64,000 nt of DNA from a bacterium. GTDB taxonomy: Bacteria > Patescibacteriota > Minisyncoccia > Phycocordibacterales > UBA1006. The notes under the pieces are model-generated. The model searched no databases. It worked only from the letters and a program-made list of their open reading frames with translations, and had not been told where the DNA came from. The position numbers and the translations under genes are program-made. Location of the stretch: the NCBI GenBank assembly GCA_030433255.1, contig JAUIMI010000001.1, forward strand, positions 23,378-87,377. The letters are read 5' to 3'. This document shows, one piece after another, positions 28,264-38,998 of the stretch (within the stretch, counting starts at the first letter, position 1; each line of letters opens with the position of its first letter).

Positions 28264-30183
28264 ATGAACGATGATATTAAACCCAAAAATCCTAACGAAA
28301 GAATTGATGCGCTAGAACGTGATCTCTATGACCCTCAGAAAAAACATGACCAACGAGACCGTCGAAAAATTCATGATAGAGATATTGATCTTGAAAAGGA
28401 TTTTACTGATGATGAATATGAACGTTTAATAAATGCTCGTGCAAAATATAAACTTCCTACCTCATTATTCAAAAAGATTTTTCTTGCCATATCTGCTTTT
28501 TTCTTGATTACGGTTGCTATTGCGGCTATTTCCCTATACGAAGGGAAAACCACGGTATCAAGTGATCTAATTGCGCTTGAGATACTTGGTCAGCCATTCG
28601 TGGATGGAGGTGAAGAGTTGGAATTACAAGTACGTATTCAAAATTTTAATGAACAAGCACTTGAATCAACTGATATTGTAATTTCATATCCAAAAGATTC
28701 AGGAATTGATTCAGAACGGGTATTTTTACGACGATCATTACAAGACGTCGATCCACAAGAGCAAATAACTGAAGAATTTGATATGATTCTCTTTGGTCAA
28801 GAGGGTGACGTTCGAGATATTCAAGCTGTTTTTGAATATAGAATAGAAGGTTCAAGTTCGATTTTTGTTAAAGAAGCTAACCATGAAGTAATCATACGAT
28901 CAACACCAACTCAGGTTGCGATTAATGCACCTGATTCTATTGTTCGTAACCAAGAAGTAACCGTTTCTGTTGATATTGCTTCAAACTCAAATAAACAAGT
29001 AAATAACACCCTGTTGAAAGTACAATACCCTCGAGGTTTTGAATTTCTCAGTGCAAATGTTACACCTGATTTTAGTGATAATACATGGTATTTTGATACC
29101 ATTGCTGATTACACTGAATCCATAGAAATTACAGGAAGATTGGCGGCTCTCGAAGGGCAAGGTCAATCGTTTAATGTTGAGTTTGGTAAACAAAGCCAAC
29201 TCAATCAAAATCAATTTGAAACAATTTTTAATGCTCTTACTCACACTATTGAAGTTCAAAAGTCATTTATTGAAACTATTTTGACCGTAAATGGATCGTC
29301 AGAACAAACGAGTACACTTCGTGGTGGTTCTGATGTAAATGTACGATTACAATACAAAAACACTTTAGAAGAAGCATTAGAGAACGCTATTATTCGTGTT
29401 CACCTTGATGGTGATTTGTATAACAAGGATAGTATTAATGCAAACAATGGGTACTATAACTCAAGCCAAAACACTATTGTCTACGACCAAACAACAAGCG
29501 ATAGATTGCAATTACTACAACCAGGTGAAGAAGGAACATTTAACTTTACAATTAAAACACATGATCTCGTATCATCTTCTGGGGTTTTGACGAACCCAAC
29601 TATTGAGTTGCGTGTTGATGTTGAAGGAACAGAAATTAACGGTAATGATCGACAGGCACTGTCTGTTGCAAGTCATACCGTGAGCGCAAACTCTGATATT
29701 TCTATTGTACCGAAAACATTACATTATGAAGGTCCATTTAATAACTCAGGGACTATGCCACCGCGTGCGGGAGCTATGACTGAATATACCTTGGTATTCC
29801 AAGTTTCAAACTCTTCAAACACAGTGAATGATGCTGAGTTAACAACATTTTTACCGCCATACGTAGAATGGTTAAACAATGTTTCACCTTCAGTAGAGCG
29901 AAATACTGTTTCCTATGATACGGTTACCCGTAAACTCACATGGGATTTAAATACTCTACGTTCAGGGTTAGGGGTTGGTGATAGTCAACCACGTCAGGTG
30001 TCTGTTCAGGTTGCGGTGACTCCGTCTGCGGTCCATGTTGGAGAGATTCTTGATATTACTGATGATGTTATTCTTACTGGAGTTGATGAATTTACCGGAA
30101 CAACACTTACCTTCAAAAAAATTCCAATGACGACACGATTATTGAATACCAAAAAAGATGGTTATGACGGACGTATTCAATAA
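28264..30183 (+). CDS. Large membrane-anchored protein with a charged N-terminal cytoplasmic segment and a large extracytoplasmic domain (hypothetical)
   Basis: Single TM helix IFLAISAFFLITVAIAAISL followed by a beta-rich ~550-aa region. Confidence 0.45.
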   Translation: MNDDIKPKNPNERIDALERDLYDPQKKHDQRDRRKIHDRDIDLEKDFTDDEYERLINARAKYKLPTSLFKKIFLAISAFFLITVAIAAISLYEGKTTVSSDLIALEILGQPFVDGGEELELQVRIQNFNEQALESTDIVISYPKDSGIDSERVFLRRSLQDVDPQEQITEEFDMILFGQEGDVRDIQAVFEYRIEGSSSIFVKEANHEVIIRSTPTQVAINAPDSIVRNQEVTVSVDIASNSNKQVNNTLLKVQYPRGFEFLSANVTPDFSDNTWYFDTIADYTESIEITGRLAALEGQGQSFNVEFGKQSQLNQNQFETIFNALTHTIEVQKSFIETILTVNGSSEQTSTLRGGSDVNVRLQYKNTLEEALENAIIRVHLDGDLYNKDSINANNGYYNSSQNTIVYDQTTSDRLQLLQPGEEGTFNFTIKTHDLVSSSGVLTNPTIELRVDVEGTEINGNDRQALSVASHTVSANSDISIVPKTLHYEGPFNNSGTMPPRAGAMTEYTLVFQVSNSSNTVNDAELTTFLPPYVEWLNNVSPSVERNTVSYDTVTRKLTWDLNTLRSGLGVGDSQPRQVSVQVAVTPSAVHVGEILDITDDVILTGVDEFTGTTLTFKKIPMTTRLLNTKKDGYDGRIQ

Positions 30184-30195
30184 TGTATATATTTT

Positions 30196-30226
30196 AAAAA
30201 CTACTTTTATAGGGTAGTTTTTTTTG
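30196..30226 (+). terminator. Terminator AAAACTAC-ttttatagg-GTAGTTTTTTTT
   Basis: Stem plus T-run. Confidence 0.55.
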
Positions 30227-30257
30227 AATATTTTATTCCTTCAGGTACACTAGTTCT

Positions 30258-31646
30258 ATGAATAATGATGAGCAATTAATGGAAAAAATTATTTCACTAT
30301 GTAAAACACGTGGATTTATTTTTCAAGCAGGAGAATTATATGGAGGTACAGCAGGAATTTATGATTACGGGCCTCTAGGTTCACTGTTAAAGAACAATAT
30401 TAAAAACCTTTGGATTAAAAAATTTGTTGAAGAACGTCGTGATACCTATTTGTTAGATTCAGCAATTGTAATGGGAGAAAAACCATTAACTGCTTCTGGT
30501 CACGTTGGTGGATTTTCTGATCCATTAGTTTCTGATGTTAAAACAAATAAAGAATACCGTGCCGATCATTTATTAGAGGAGGTTGGAATTAATCCAGAAG
30601 GAATGACTATTGAACAAATGACAGAATCGTTGCAAGAAAACAATATTCTTTCTCCAGACGGTAATTCACTTGGGGAAGTTCGTGAGTTTAACCTCATGTT
30701 GAAAACACAATTAGGTTCATCATCTGATTCATCGTCAACTGCATACTTGCGTCCTGAGACAGCTCAGGGAATTTTTGTAAATTACAAAAACATCATGGAT
30801 TCGATGCATCCAAAGGTACCCTTTGGAGTGGCTCAAATAGGGAAGGCGTATCGAAACGAAATTACTCCACGAAACTTTATTTTTCGATTACGAGAACTGG
30901 AGCAAATGGAAATTGAATATTTTATTCACCCAGAGAGTTGGGAATCAGAATTTGAGTACTGGAAAGATGAAATGAACGAGTGGGCTGAAATGATTGGTTT
31001 AGATATGAATAAGCTTCACGAAGTAGAAATCGGCGAAGAAGATCGTGCGCATTACTCAGAGAGAACTATTGATTTTGAATTTGAGTATCCATTTGGTCAG
31101 AAAGAGCTATATGGATTAGCGTATCGTGGTGATTATGATTTAAAAAAACATGCTGAATATTCAAAAACAAAATTACAGTATACTGACCCACAAAAAAACG
31201 AAACATATACTCCTCATGTAATTGAACCGTCTATGGGATTAGATAGAACTATTTTAGCTATTTTAGTGTCTGCGTATCGAGAAGATGAAATTGATGGAAA
31301 TATGCGTTCGTATCTAGCACTAACGCCACAAGTTGCTCCGTATAAAATTGCCGTTTCTCCATTAGTTAAAAACAAAGAACATATCGTAGAAAAAGCGAAT
31401 GAAGTCTTTGGAACACTTAAGGCAGAATTTGGAAATATCACATGGGATGATAACGGAAATGTCGGAAAACGATATCGTCGGCAAGATGAAATTGGTACAC
31501 CGTTTTGTGTGGTTGTTGATTACGACACCTTAGAAGAAGGACATGTTGATTTCGGTACCGTTTCTATTCGTCATCGTGATACTGGAGAACAGGAACGTAT
31601 AGCTATTTCAGATTTATCTACTTATTTTACGAATAAACTCTCTTAA
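30258..31646 (+). CDS. glyQS: Glycyl-tRNA synthetase (class II, alpha2 type)
   Basis: ELYGGTAGIYDYGPLG and class II motifs; length fits the dimeric type. Confidence 0.85.
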   Translation: MNNDEQLMEKIISLCKTRGFIFQAGELYGGTAGIYDYGPLGSLLKNNIKNLWIKKFVEERRDTYLLDSAIVMGEKPLTASGHVGGFSDPLVSDVKTNKEYRADHLLEEVGINPEGMTIEQMTESLQENNILSPDGNSLGEVREFNLMLKTQLGSSSDSSSTAYLRPETAQGIFVNYKNIMDSMHPKVPFGVAQIGKAYRNEITPRNFIFRLRELEQMEIEYFIHPESWESEFEYWKDEMNEWAEMIGLDMNKLHEVEIGEEDRAHYSERTIDFEFEYPFGQKELYGLAYRGDYDLKKHAEYSKTKLQYTDPQKNETYTPHVIEPSMGLDRTILAILVSAYREDEIDGNMRSYLALTPQVAPYKIAVSPLVKNKEHIVEKANEVFGTLKAEFGNITWDDNGNVGKRYRRQDEIGTPFCVVVDYDTLEEGHVDFGTVSIRHRDTGEQERIAISDLSTYFTNKLS

Positions 31647-31668
31647 AACACCTTGGGTGTTTTTTTCT
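31645..31668 (+). terminator. Terminator AAAACACC-ttgg-GTGTTTTTTT
   Basis: Stem plus T-run. Confidence 0.55.
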
Positions 31669-31687
31669 TTTTGGTTACAATAACTAT

Positions 31688-32323
31688 ATGATTAGCTATC
31701 GAAAATTTTTCTCGATAATAGGTCCATGGATTGTTCTCGCGTTACTCATGAATGGTACTCGTTATTTTATTGCTGAGGTACCTTCATATATTTATATGAA
31801 TTGGAATTTATTCTTGGCTCTTGTTCCTTTGTTCTTAACATGGTTGTTTTTGATGAGTAATAATATTTTTTTTAAAACTTTGATATTTTTTGCATGGCTA
31901 CTGTTCCTACCAAATGCCCCTTATCTGGTATCTGATTTAATTCATTTGCGAGATGTTGGAATCCAATCAATGTTGTGGTTTGATGGGATGATGATTTTTG
32001 CATACGCTCTGGTTGGAAGTATGGTAACAGCGTATTCTCTTATACTTTTTAAAAAAAATTTATTTATAAAGAAAAATTCACAATATATTTTTCTCTTTGC
32101 TGTTTCACTTGCTTCTGCTCTTGGGGTTTATATAGGACGACACATACGATTTAATTCTTGGGATGTTATTACTGCTCCTGTTGAGCTTGCTACTGCAATC
32201 ATAAAAGTTATTACAGAGCATTATCATGATCCTGTATTCTTTATGACATTGATATTCTTTACCTTATTTATCTTTTTGGGAACCTACTCCTTTGAACAGT
32301 TGTATAAAAAAACCACTACGTAG
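31688..32323 (+). CDS. Integral membrane protein, DUF1361-like
   Basis: Multiple TM helices and a LPNAPYLVSDLIHL motif reminiscent of DUF1361. Confidence 0.35.
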   Translation: MISYRKFFSIIGPWIVLALLMNGTRYFIAEVPSYIYMNWNLFLALVPLFLTWLFLMSNNIFFKTLIFFAWLLFLPNAPYLVSDLIHLRDVGIQSMLWFDGMMIFAYALVGSMVTAYSLILFKKNLFIKKNSQYIFLFAVSLASALGVYIGRHIRFNSWDVITAPVELATAIIKVITEHYHDPVFFMTLIFFTLFIFLGTYSFEQLYKKTTT

Positions 32324-32332
32324 TGGTTTTTT
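32306..32332. terminator. Bidirectional terminator, palindrome AACCACTACGTAGTGGTT flanked by A and T runs
   Basis: Perfect 18-bp palindrome between convergent genes. Confidence 0.6.
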
Positions 32333-33689
32333 CTTTTGCATCTAAATATGCTTGCTGTCGTAGATATTGTGGCTTGTACCAATACATAAATAAGGATGTA
32401 ATTACATTGATAATAAAAATTGTTAAAATAATTGTAATTACAAATTTTCCTTCAGTTCCAATTAGTCCTGTTTGGTTTGCAATACCAAGTACGACAAAGG
32501 CAATAATATCATAAGGGAGCATCCCTAGACCCAGTAGAGTTGCTTCATGTTCTGGTAATTTCGATGTTTTGATACCTGCAAAATACGCTGACCAAAATTG
32601 AAAAAATGCTATAAATACACCAGCAATTATTGCCATGATAATAACATTTCCTGCTTCAGACCAGTCGGCAACAAGTTGTGATCCTAGGTGAATGAAAAAA
32701 ATTGGACCAATCCATTCCTGAACAAAATAGAAAAATACCCCTAAATTTTTATGAGTAATTGGAGTTTCTTCGTGGGTAATATCACTGATTTTTGTTTCAT
32801 GATACATCTCAACATGTAATATTAATCCCGTAAGATATGCGGTAATAGCTGGATGCAGACCCATATTGTGGGCCAACCATGCTAATCCAAAAATAAGTAA
32901 TAATGTCATTGGTATACCAATCCTTGTTTTTTCCAGTTTTTTTGAAATTTCATAAAATCCTGGAGCCTTACGAATTTTGTAAACCATATACGTAAGCCTC
33001 GACATTAATCCATTTTTTTGGAACACATCAGGAACATTCATTCGCATATGCATACGAGCATCGGGTAAAATAAATAAACCAAGAATTCCAAAAATACCAA
33101 AGACTGCAAAGATAAGACCTATTTGTTTAAATAAATCAAACCAGATAGTTGTAAAAGAAATATCTCCTGTGGTATTACTCACAAGAAGGGCATAGGCAGG
33201 CAGTATTCCAATAGCAAGCAGAACTGATAAAAAATTATCGGCAACAGAAGAAGAAGTGGCAGCCTTCGCAGCTTTTGTTTTATCTAACCCAAGACTACGT
33301 AATACACCAATAGTATATGGTATTGCCGTTGATGTAAAAACAAATCCGGCAACTATTGCTTCTGTTGTTGAAAAATTTAAAAGCTTATAGGCAATCAACC
33401 CTCCAAGAAACGGACCAACGGCTCCTGTTAATGCAATCCACTTGTTTTTCCATAAATCTTCCATGAAAACAAGTAAATCTTCACGCCATCCGGTATAAAA
33501 CATTATAAAAATAACACCAAGTGTTGCCCAATTTTCGAGTTGTACTGGGTCAATATGAAAAACATACTGCGTTCCAATAAGTCCTAATATAATATACCAA
33601 AGAATATCAACGGTTTTTGTTATGTTAGCAATTACCTTTGAAGTAAAAATAATTGCGACAAGCATTGTAAGTAATTCAATAAATTCCAT
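32316..33689 (-). CDS. Cation:proton antiporter (CPA family) membrane protein
   Basis: ~12 TM helices; glycine-rich helices typical of Na+/H+ exchanger-like transporters. Confidence 0.5.
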   Translation of the reverse strand: MEFIELLTMLVAIIFTSKVIANITKTVDILWYIILGLIGTQYVFHIDPVQLENWATLGVIFIMFYTGWREDLLVFMEDLWKNKWIALTGAVGPFLGGLIAYKLLNFSTTEAIVAGFVFTSTAIPYTIGVLRSLGLDKTKAAKAATSSSVADNFLSVLLAIGILPAYALLVSNTTGDISFTTIWFDLFKQIGLIFAVFGIFGILGLFILPDARMHMRMNVPDVFQKNGLMSRLTYMVYKIRKAPGFYEISKKLEKTRIGIPMTLLLIFGLAWLAHNMGLHPAITAYLTGLILHVEMYHETKISDITHEETPITHKNLGVFFYFVQEWIGPIFFIHLGSQLVADWSEAGNVIIMAIIAGVFIAFFQFWSAYFAGIKTSKLPEHEATLLGLGMLPYDIIAFVVLGIANQTGLIGTEGKFVITIILTIFIINVITSLFMYWYKPQYLRQQAYLDAKEKTTT

Positions 33690-33757
33690 GCTGCCATTGT
33701 ACCATTTCTTGCATTCAAGTATATCGAGAAAAAATCGTAAAAGATATAGGCTGTGCT

Positions 33758-34825
33758 ATGATTGTATATATGAAAGATGTACGTATTCATTTTGATAAAC
33801 ATAACTTATTCGAGGTTGCACTTATCGGTGCTATTATTTACGCTCTGTGGACTATAGGAGATTTTCTTCTTGTTCTTGGGGCAGCATTAATTCTCTCAAC
33901 TTTTATTGAGGACTTTGTTGTGCGAGCACAAAAGTATAAGATTCCTCGAGTAGTTTCTGTTATTATTTTTTATATTTTAACCATCATTGTTTTTGGAGCC
34001 GTGTTGCTATTTGTTCTTCCTGTACTAGGTCGTGAGATCGGAGAATTAGCACTTGTGTATCCTGAAATTCAAACCTTCATTGAAACAAACACCTTTTTAA
34101 CCCAATCAACTGACACTATTACCATTAGTAATATATTTGATCAGTTACAAGATACAGCGGTACGAGAACAAATTTTTGATGGAGCTTTGAATTTCTTTGG
34201 AGGTCTTATTAATATACTAGTTATTTTCGTTGTTTCATTTTATCTCAGTGTAAATACTCAAGGTATTGATTCTATGTTACGAATTTTTACTCCTTTAAGG
34301 TATGAAGAAATGGTTTTGTCTCTCTGGCATCGCGTCCAAACAAAAGTAGGATCATGGTTTCGAGGGCAGCTTATTATTGCTCTTATTTTAACAGTCATTA
34401 CGTATGCAGGTCTTGCATTAGCAGGTATACCATATGCATTTATCCTTGGTTTATTGGCTGGTGTATTTGGTTTAGTCCCATACGGTATTTTCTTGGCCGT
34501 TATTCCGGCTATTGCTATTGCAATTGGTCATGGAGGTATTTGGGCTGGGATTGGTGTTGTTGTTGGGTATGTTTTACTACAACAAGTTCTTGATTTAGGA
34601 TTACAACCACTCATTGTAAAAAAAATGACAGGTGTTCCATCTCTTGTTGTTATTATCTCAGTATTTATTGGTGCTAAGTTATTTGGATTATATGGGCTAC
34701 TTCTTGCCATGCCTTTAGCACTCTTTGTTATGGAGCTTGTTGCTGAATCAGAAAAGCAAAAAAAGGCACTCCGTGATCCTATTATTGATACAGAAGAAGA
34801 GGTAACTATTTCACTTTCAAATTAA
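33758..34825 (+). CDS. AI-2E family transporter (PerM/UPF0118-like)
   Basis: Topology and conserved C-terminal glycine-rich helices. Confidence 0.5.
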   Translation: MIVYMKDVRIHFDKHNLFEVALIGAIIYALWTIGDFLLVLGAALILSTFIEDFVVRAQKYKIPRVVSVIIFYILTIIVFGAVLLFVLPVLGREIGELALVYPEIQTFIETNTFLTQSTDTITISNIFDQLQDTAVREQIFDGALNFFGGLINILVIFVVSFYLSVNTQGIDSMLRIFTPLRYEEMVLSLWHRVQTKVGSWFRGQLIIALILTVITYAGLALAGIPYAFILGLLAGVFGLVPYGIFLAVIPAIAIAIGHGGIWAGIGVVVGYVLLQQVLDLGLQPLIVKKMTGVPSLVVIISVFIGAKLFGLYGLLLAMPLALFVMELVAESEKQKKALRDPIIDTEEEVTISLSN

Positions 34826-34833
34826 TTAATCTT

Positions 34834-36279
34834 ATGCAACCAAAAAAATATATTACAACTACATTACCTTACGTGAATTCAAAACCTCATGTTGGTTTTG
34901 CTATGGAAATTATTCGTGCAGATAGTTTGGCTCGGTATTACAAGCTCCAGGGGTATGATGTATTTTTAAATACTGGAACCGATGAGCATGGTACAAAGAT
35001 ATGGGAAACTGCTCAGGAACAAGGTATTAATACACAAGAATACGTTGATTCATTATCTATTGAATTTAAGGGGCTTGCTAAAGTACTACACCTTTCAAAG
35101 GATATTCATTTTGTCCGTACAACTGATAAAAATCATATTGCGGCTGCACAAGAATTTTGGAAACGTTGCAATGATAATGGATATATCTATAAAAAAAATT
35201 ACCAAGCAAAATATTGTGTTGGCTGTGAATTAACGAAAACAGATTCAGAGCTTGTTAATGGTAGATGTGAAATTCACCCAAACCGTGAACTAGAACTTAT
35301 TGATGAAGAAAACTATTTCTTTAAATTTTCTGCATGTCAGGAATTTTTAGAAAATTTTTATTCACAAAACTCAGATTTTGTTATTCCAAGTTTCCGCTTT
35401 AATGAAATTAAACGTTTCGTTTCTGATGGCTTACAGGATTTTTCAATTTCACGTTTACGTACAAAAATGCCATGGGGAATACCTGTTCCTGGTGATGAGG
35501 AGCATGTGATGTACGTATGGTTTGATGCCCTGGTGAATTATATTTCAACTACAGGGTGGCCACATAATTTAGATTCATTTGAAACGTATTGGACAGAAGG
35601 AAAACCAGTGCAGTATGCAGGGAAGGATAATCTACGACAACAATCAGCAATGTGGCAAGCAATGCTCTATGCTGCAGGTTTACCAAACACACATCAAGTT
35701 ATTATTAATGGGTTTATTAATTCTGGAGGACAGAAAATGTCCAAATCGTTAGGAAATGTTATCAATCCTTATGATATCGTTGATGAATATGGGGCTGAAG
35801 CATTACGTTATTATCTTCTTCGTCATATGCATTCATTTGAAGATTCAGATATGACCATGGAAAAGTTTCATGAGGCATATAACGCAAATCTTGCGAATGG
35901 GTTAGGGAACCTTGTTCAGCGAATTATGAAGATGATTATTTCATACGATGTTGATATTGCTGATATTAACTTTGACCATGCTCCCATACTTTCTTTTCAT
36001 AAAAAACACATTGAGGAAGAATATGATTTCAATAAAATGATGAATGAAATCTGGCGATTGATTGGAGATATGGACCAATTTATTGCAGTTAATAAACCAT
36101 TTAAAAAGGTAAAAGAAGATAAGGATGCTGCGCACAAGGATCTACATTATCTTGCTGGTGAATTATCACGATTGGCTATTAGTTTATATCCAGTAATGCC
36201 AGAAACAGCAGAGAAGATTCAATCGTGTTTAACGAATGTTGAGCTACCAAAAGAGCCTTTGTTCGCACGAAAAGATTAA
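34834..36279 (+). CDS. metG: Methionyl-tRNA synthetase (short form)
   Basis: N-terminal class I motif region; CxxC zinc knuckle CVGCE...C; KMSKS. Confidence 0.85.
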   Translation: MQPKKYITTTLPYVNSKPHVGFAMEIIRADSLARYYKLQGYDVFLNTGTDEHGTKIWETAQEQGINTQEYVDSLSIEFKGLAKVLHLSKDIHFVRTTDKNHIAAAQEFWKRCNDNGYIYKKNYQAKYCVGCELTKTDSELVNGRCEIHPNRELELIDEENYFFKFSACQEFLENFYSQNSDFVIPSFRFNEIKRFVSDGLQDFSISRLRTKMPWGIPVPGDEEHVMYVWFDALVNYISTTGWPHNLDSFETYWTEGKPVQYAGKDNLRQQSAMWQAMLYAAGLPNTHQVIINGFINSGGQKMSKSLGNVINPYDIVDEYGAEALRYYLLRHMHSFEDSDMTMEKFHEAYNANLANGLGNLVQRIMKMIISYDVDIADINFDHAPILSFHKKHIEEEYDFNKMMNEIWRLIGDMDQFIAVNKPFKKVKEDKDAAHKDLHYLAGELSRLAISLYPVMPETAEKIQSCLTNVELPKEPLFARKD

Positions 36280-36283
36280 ATAA

Positions 36284-36310
36284 AAAATAACCTATTCAGG
36301 TTATTTTTTA
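36284..36310. terminator. Bidirectional terminator AAAATAACCT-attc-AGGTTATTTT
   Basis: Perfect 10-bp stem. Confidence 0.55.
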
Positions 36311-37593
36311 TTTCGCATTTTCGTTGTTTCAATGTGTATCATTTTTTCTAGTTTTCGTTTATCTTCGATGAATTGCGCTTTATTTTCGTTAAATAAGGTA
36401 ATTCTAAAAATATATGTACCTCCATTTTTTGCAAACCGTGCCCTATCTCCTTTTTTGAGTTGTTGAACAGTTTCAATAAAACTCGGTAGTTTTTCTGCTT
36501 TTTTGATTCCTGTAATTTTTGTAATAATCCCTTCTTCTTTTGCAAAAAATTTAATAACTGAAGTATACCCTTTTTTCTTTCTAGGTAAATTTACAGGTCG
36601 TCCAAGGTGGATTTTGATATCTTGAATATCAAGATTAATACCAAATGATTTTTTATACATCATTGATCTAAAACCACCCATACGAGGGCCAATTTCAACA
36701 ATTTTCCATTCTCCTTCTTTTCGGATAAGTTCAATGTGTGCTATGGAGTTTCTTAATCCAAGTGCATTTAGTCCTTTTATGCAAACCACCTTTGCATTTT
36801 GTGCCGAGTCTTTTGAAATAGTTGCAGGGGTTGTTTGTTCGTAGCTGAAAAAATCATCAAAACCTTTTTGACCACTTGTTATGTATTTCACGAATGGACA
36901 AAAGTGGACATTACCAATATCATCAACAAAGGCTTCTACAGAATACTGGTCTCCATCAATAATCTCTTCAATGAGAATTGTAGGTTTGCCTCGACCTTTC
37001 ATTTCCTTATAAGTCTTTTTTATATACTTTTGCATTTTAAGTAAAATTTCTTTAAGCTCAGCAGGATAATGTGCAGCTTGAACAAGAACAGCTTGAGCTA
37101 GACCAGATGGTTTTACGATAACGGGAAATTCAAGGCGTTTATTTATACGTGTAATTTCTTCGTCAGAAATTTCAGTTAAAATTTCAAATTTTGGAGTAAT
37201 TGATTTATCATATTTCCAAAATGCCTTACGCATTTCGGTTTTTTCTGTTGCTTTTTTAAGTGCATCAACAGTTGGTACACGGATATGAGATGGAAGATAC
37301 GGTATTATTTTTTGAAATAAGGGAATATTTCTTTCTCCACGATTTACCACAGCTATAAGTGATGGAGCTAAGGTGTTAATTACTTCTTTTATTTTTTCTG
37401 GTTTTTCAAAATCAACAATAATTTCCTTAAAAAAAATCGTTTCTTCTTTTTCTACTATTCCCCTTTTTTTAGGTACAAGTGAAATTATTTTCCATGGAAG
37501 TTTTTTTGCCTGAATATGATTTTCCAAATTTTCACGCCATGATTTTATACTTCCAACGTAGAGAATATATTTTTGTTTTTTTTGTTTTTCCAT
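36301..37593 (-). CDS. ATP-grasp domain protein (substrate unknown)
   Basis: Central region typical of the ATP-grasp fold (EFPVIVKPSG... and an E/N-containing Mg-binding segment). Confidence 0.4.
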   Translation of the reverse strand: MEKQKKQKYILYVGSIKSWRENLENHIQAKKLPWKIISLVPKKRGIVEKEETIFFKEIIVDFEKPEKIKEVINTLAPSLIAVVNRGERNIPLFQKIIPYLPSHIRVPTVDALKKATEKTEMRKAFWKYDKSITPKFEILTEISDEEITRINKRLEFPVIVKPSGLAQAVLVQAAHYPAELKEILLKMQKYIKKTYKEMKGRGKPTILIEEIIDGDQYSVEAFVDDIGNVHFCPFVKYITSGQKGFDDFFSYEQTTPATISKDSAQNAKVVCIKGLNALGLRNSIAHIELIRKEGEWKIVEIGPRMGGFRSMMYKKSFGINLDIQDIKIHLGRPVNLPRKKKGYTSVIKFFAKEEGIITKITGIKKAEKLPSFIETVQQLKKGDRARFAKNGGTYIFRITLFNENKAQFIEDKRKLEKMIHIETTKMRNKK

Positions 37594-37686
37594 AAGAAAT
37601 ATTGAATATCAAAATATTGTACATAAATGCATATTTTTTCATAGTATTTTCTTGCTCAAAATTTTAAACTACATACACTGTTATAT

Positions 37687-38526
37687 ATGAAATATATAGA
37701 TACTCATGCACATATGAATTTTGTTATCTACGATGACGATAGGCTAGATGTTATCGAGCGCACAAAACAAGATGATGTAATGGTGATTAATGTTGGAACA
37801 GGGCAAGAGACCTCACAAAGAGCAGTAGAATTGGCTGAAAAGTATGATCATTTGTATGCTATTATTGGTCTTCACCCTATTCATACTACAAAATCATTCC
37901 ATAACGATGATGAAGTAGGTGAAGACAGCAATGAGTCTGCTTCACCTGCTGAGATTTTTGATGTCAATTACTATCGAGAGCTTGCCAATTCATCATACAA
38001 AGTCGTTGGAATTGGAGAATGTGGTTTAGACTATTATCGTAATACTGCAGAATCACGAGTAGCCCAAGAAAAAGCTTTTCGAGACCAAATTGAAATCGCA
38101 CTTGAATTAGACTTACCGTTAATGTTACATATTAGACCATCTGAAGGTTCAATGGATGCTTACTATGATGTATTATCAATTTTAGATGAATACGCTGGTA
38201 ATCCAAGGTTACGTGGACAAGCTCATTTTTTTGCAGGAACCAAAGAAATTGCACAAGAATTTCTTGATTTAGGTTTTTATATTTCATTCACAGGTGTTAT
38301 TACTTTTGCAGGAATGTATGAAAAATTAGTTAAATCAGTTCCGGTGGACAGAATTCTTTCTGAGACAGACGCTCCCTATGTAACACCGCATCCGTTTCGC
38401 GGTCAACGTAATGAACCATCACATGTAAGGGAGGTGTTAGGAAAAATTGCTCGAATCAAAAAAATAGACGAAGAAGAAATGGCAAGGCAGGTCATGGAAA
38501 ATGCAAAAAGACTATACCAGATATAG
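37687..38526 (+). CDS. tatD: TatD-family metal-dependent DNase/hydrolase
   Basis: IDTHAH, GECGLDY and LHIR motifs. Confidence 0.8.
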   Translation: MKYIDTHAHMNFVIYDDDRLDVIERTKQDDVMVINVGTGQETSQRAVELAEKYDHLYAIIGLHPIHTTKSFHNDDEVGEDSNESASPAEIFDVNYYRELANSSYKVVGIGECGLDYYRNTAESRVAQEKAFRDQIEIALELDLPLMLHIRPSEGSMDAYYDVLSILDEYAGNPRLRGQAHFFAGTKEIAQEFLDLGFYISFTGVITFAGMYEKLVKSVPVDRILSETDAPYVTPHPFRGQRNEPSHVREVLGKIARIKKIDEEEMARQVMENAKRLYQI

Positions 38527-38590
38527 TCTTTTTGATTTTACTATTATGTATGATATGATTATTTTAAATCTAATGTAAACGAATAGTATT

Positions 38591-38896
38591 ATGAATGTAC
38601 TAATAATTGGTATAGGTTCTCTTGCTGGGATAAGTGCTGCACAACTTGCTGCAAAAACACATGCTCACGAAATGCCTGCAACCATTATTATTGCAGACAT
38701 AACAGAACAAAAAGAAATACAAAAACATCATCAAGATATATTTTTGATATATGAACACCCAATACTCGTTGAAGAAGTGTACAAAGTAACTGTTCCTTTG
38801 CTGGTAAATAACATTGGAACGTCAACGGGTATGTCTAAATGTAATTATAATCTGGTAATTCTGCCAATGAGGCAATTGGCGTGGACGTATGGTTAG
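38591..38896 (+). CDS. Hypothetical protein
   Basis: ORF only. Confidence 0.3.
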   Translation: MNVLIIGIGSLAGISAAQLAAKTHAHEMPATIIIADITEQKEIQKHHQDIFLIYEHPILVEEVYKVTVPLLVNNIGTSTGMSKCNYNLVILPMRQLAWTYG

Positions 38897-38930
38897 CTTT
38901 TCTGTAATAACTAAATGTAATTATTAATTC

Positions 38931-38961
38931 CAACACACCTTTCCTAAAGGTGTGTTTTTTA
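38931..38961 (+). terminator. Terminator AACACACCTTT-ccta-AAGGTGTGTTTTTT
   Basis: Stem plus T-run. Confidence 0.6.
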
Positions 38962-38998
38962 TTGCTATTTATTTAAAAATCCGTAGTATACGTAGCGT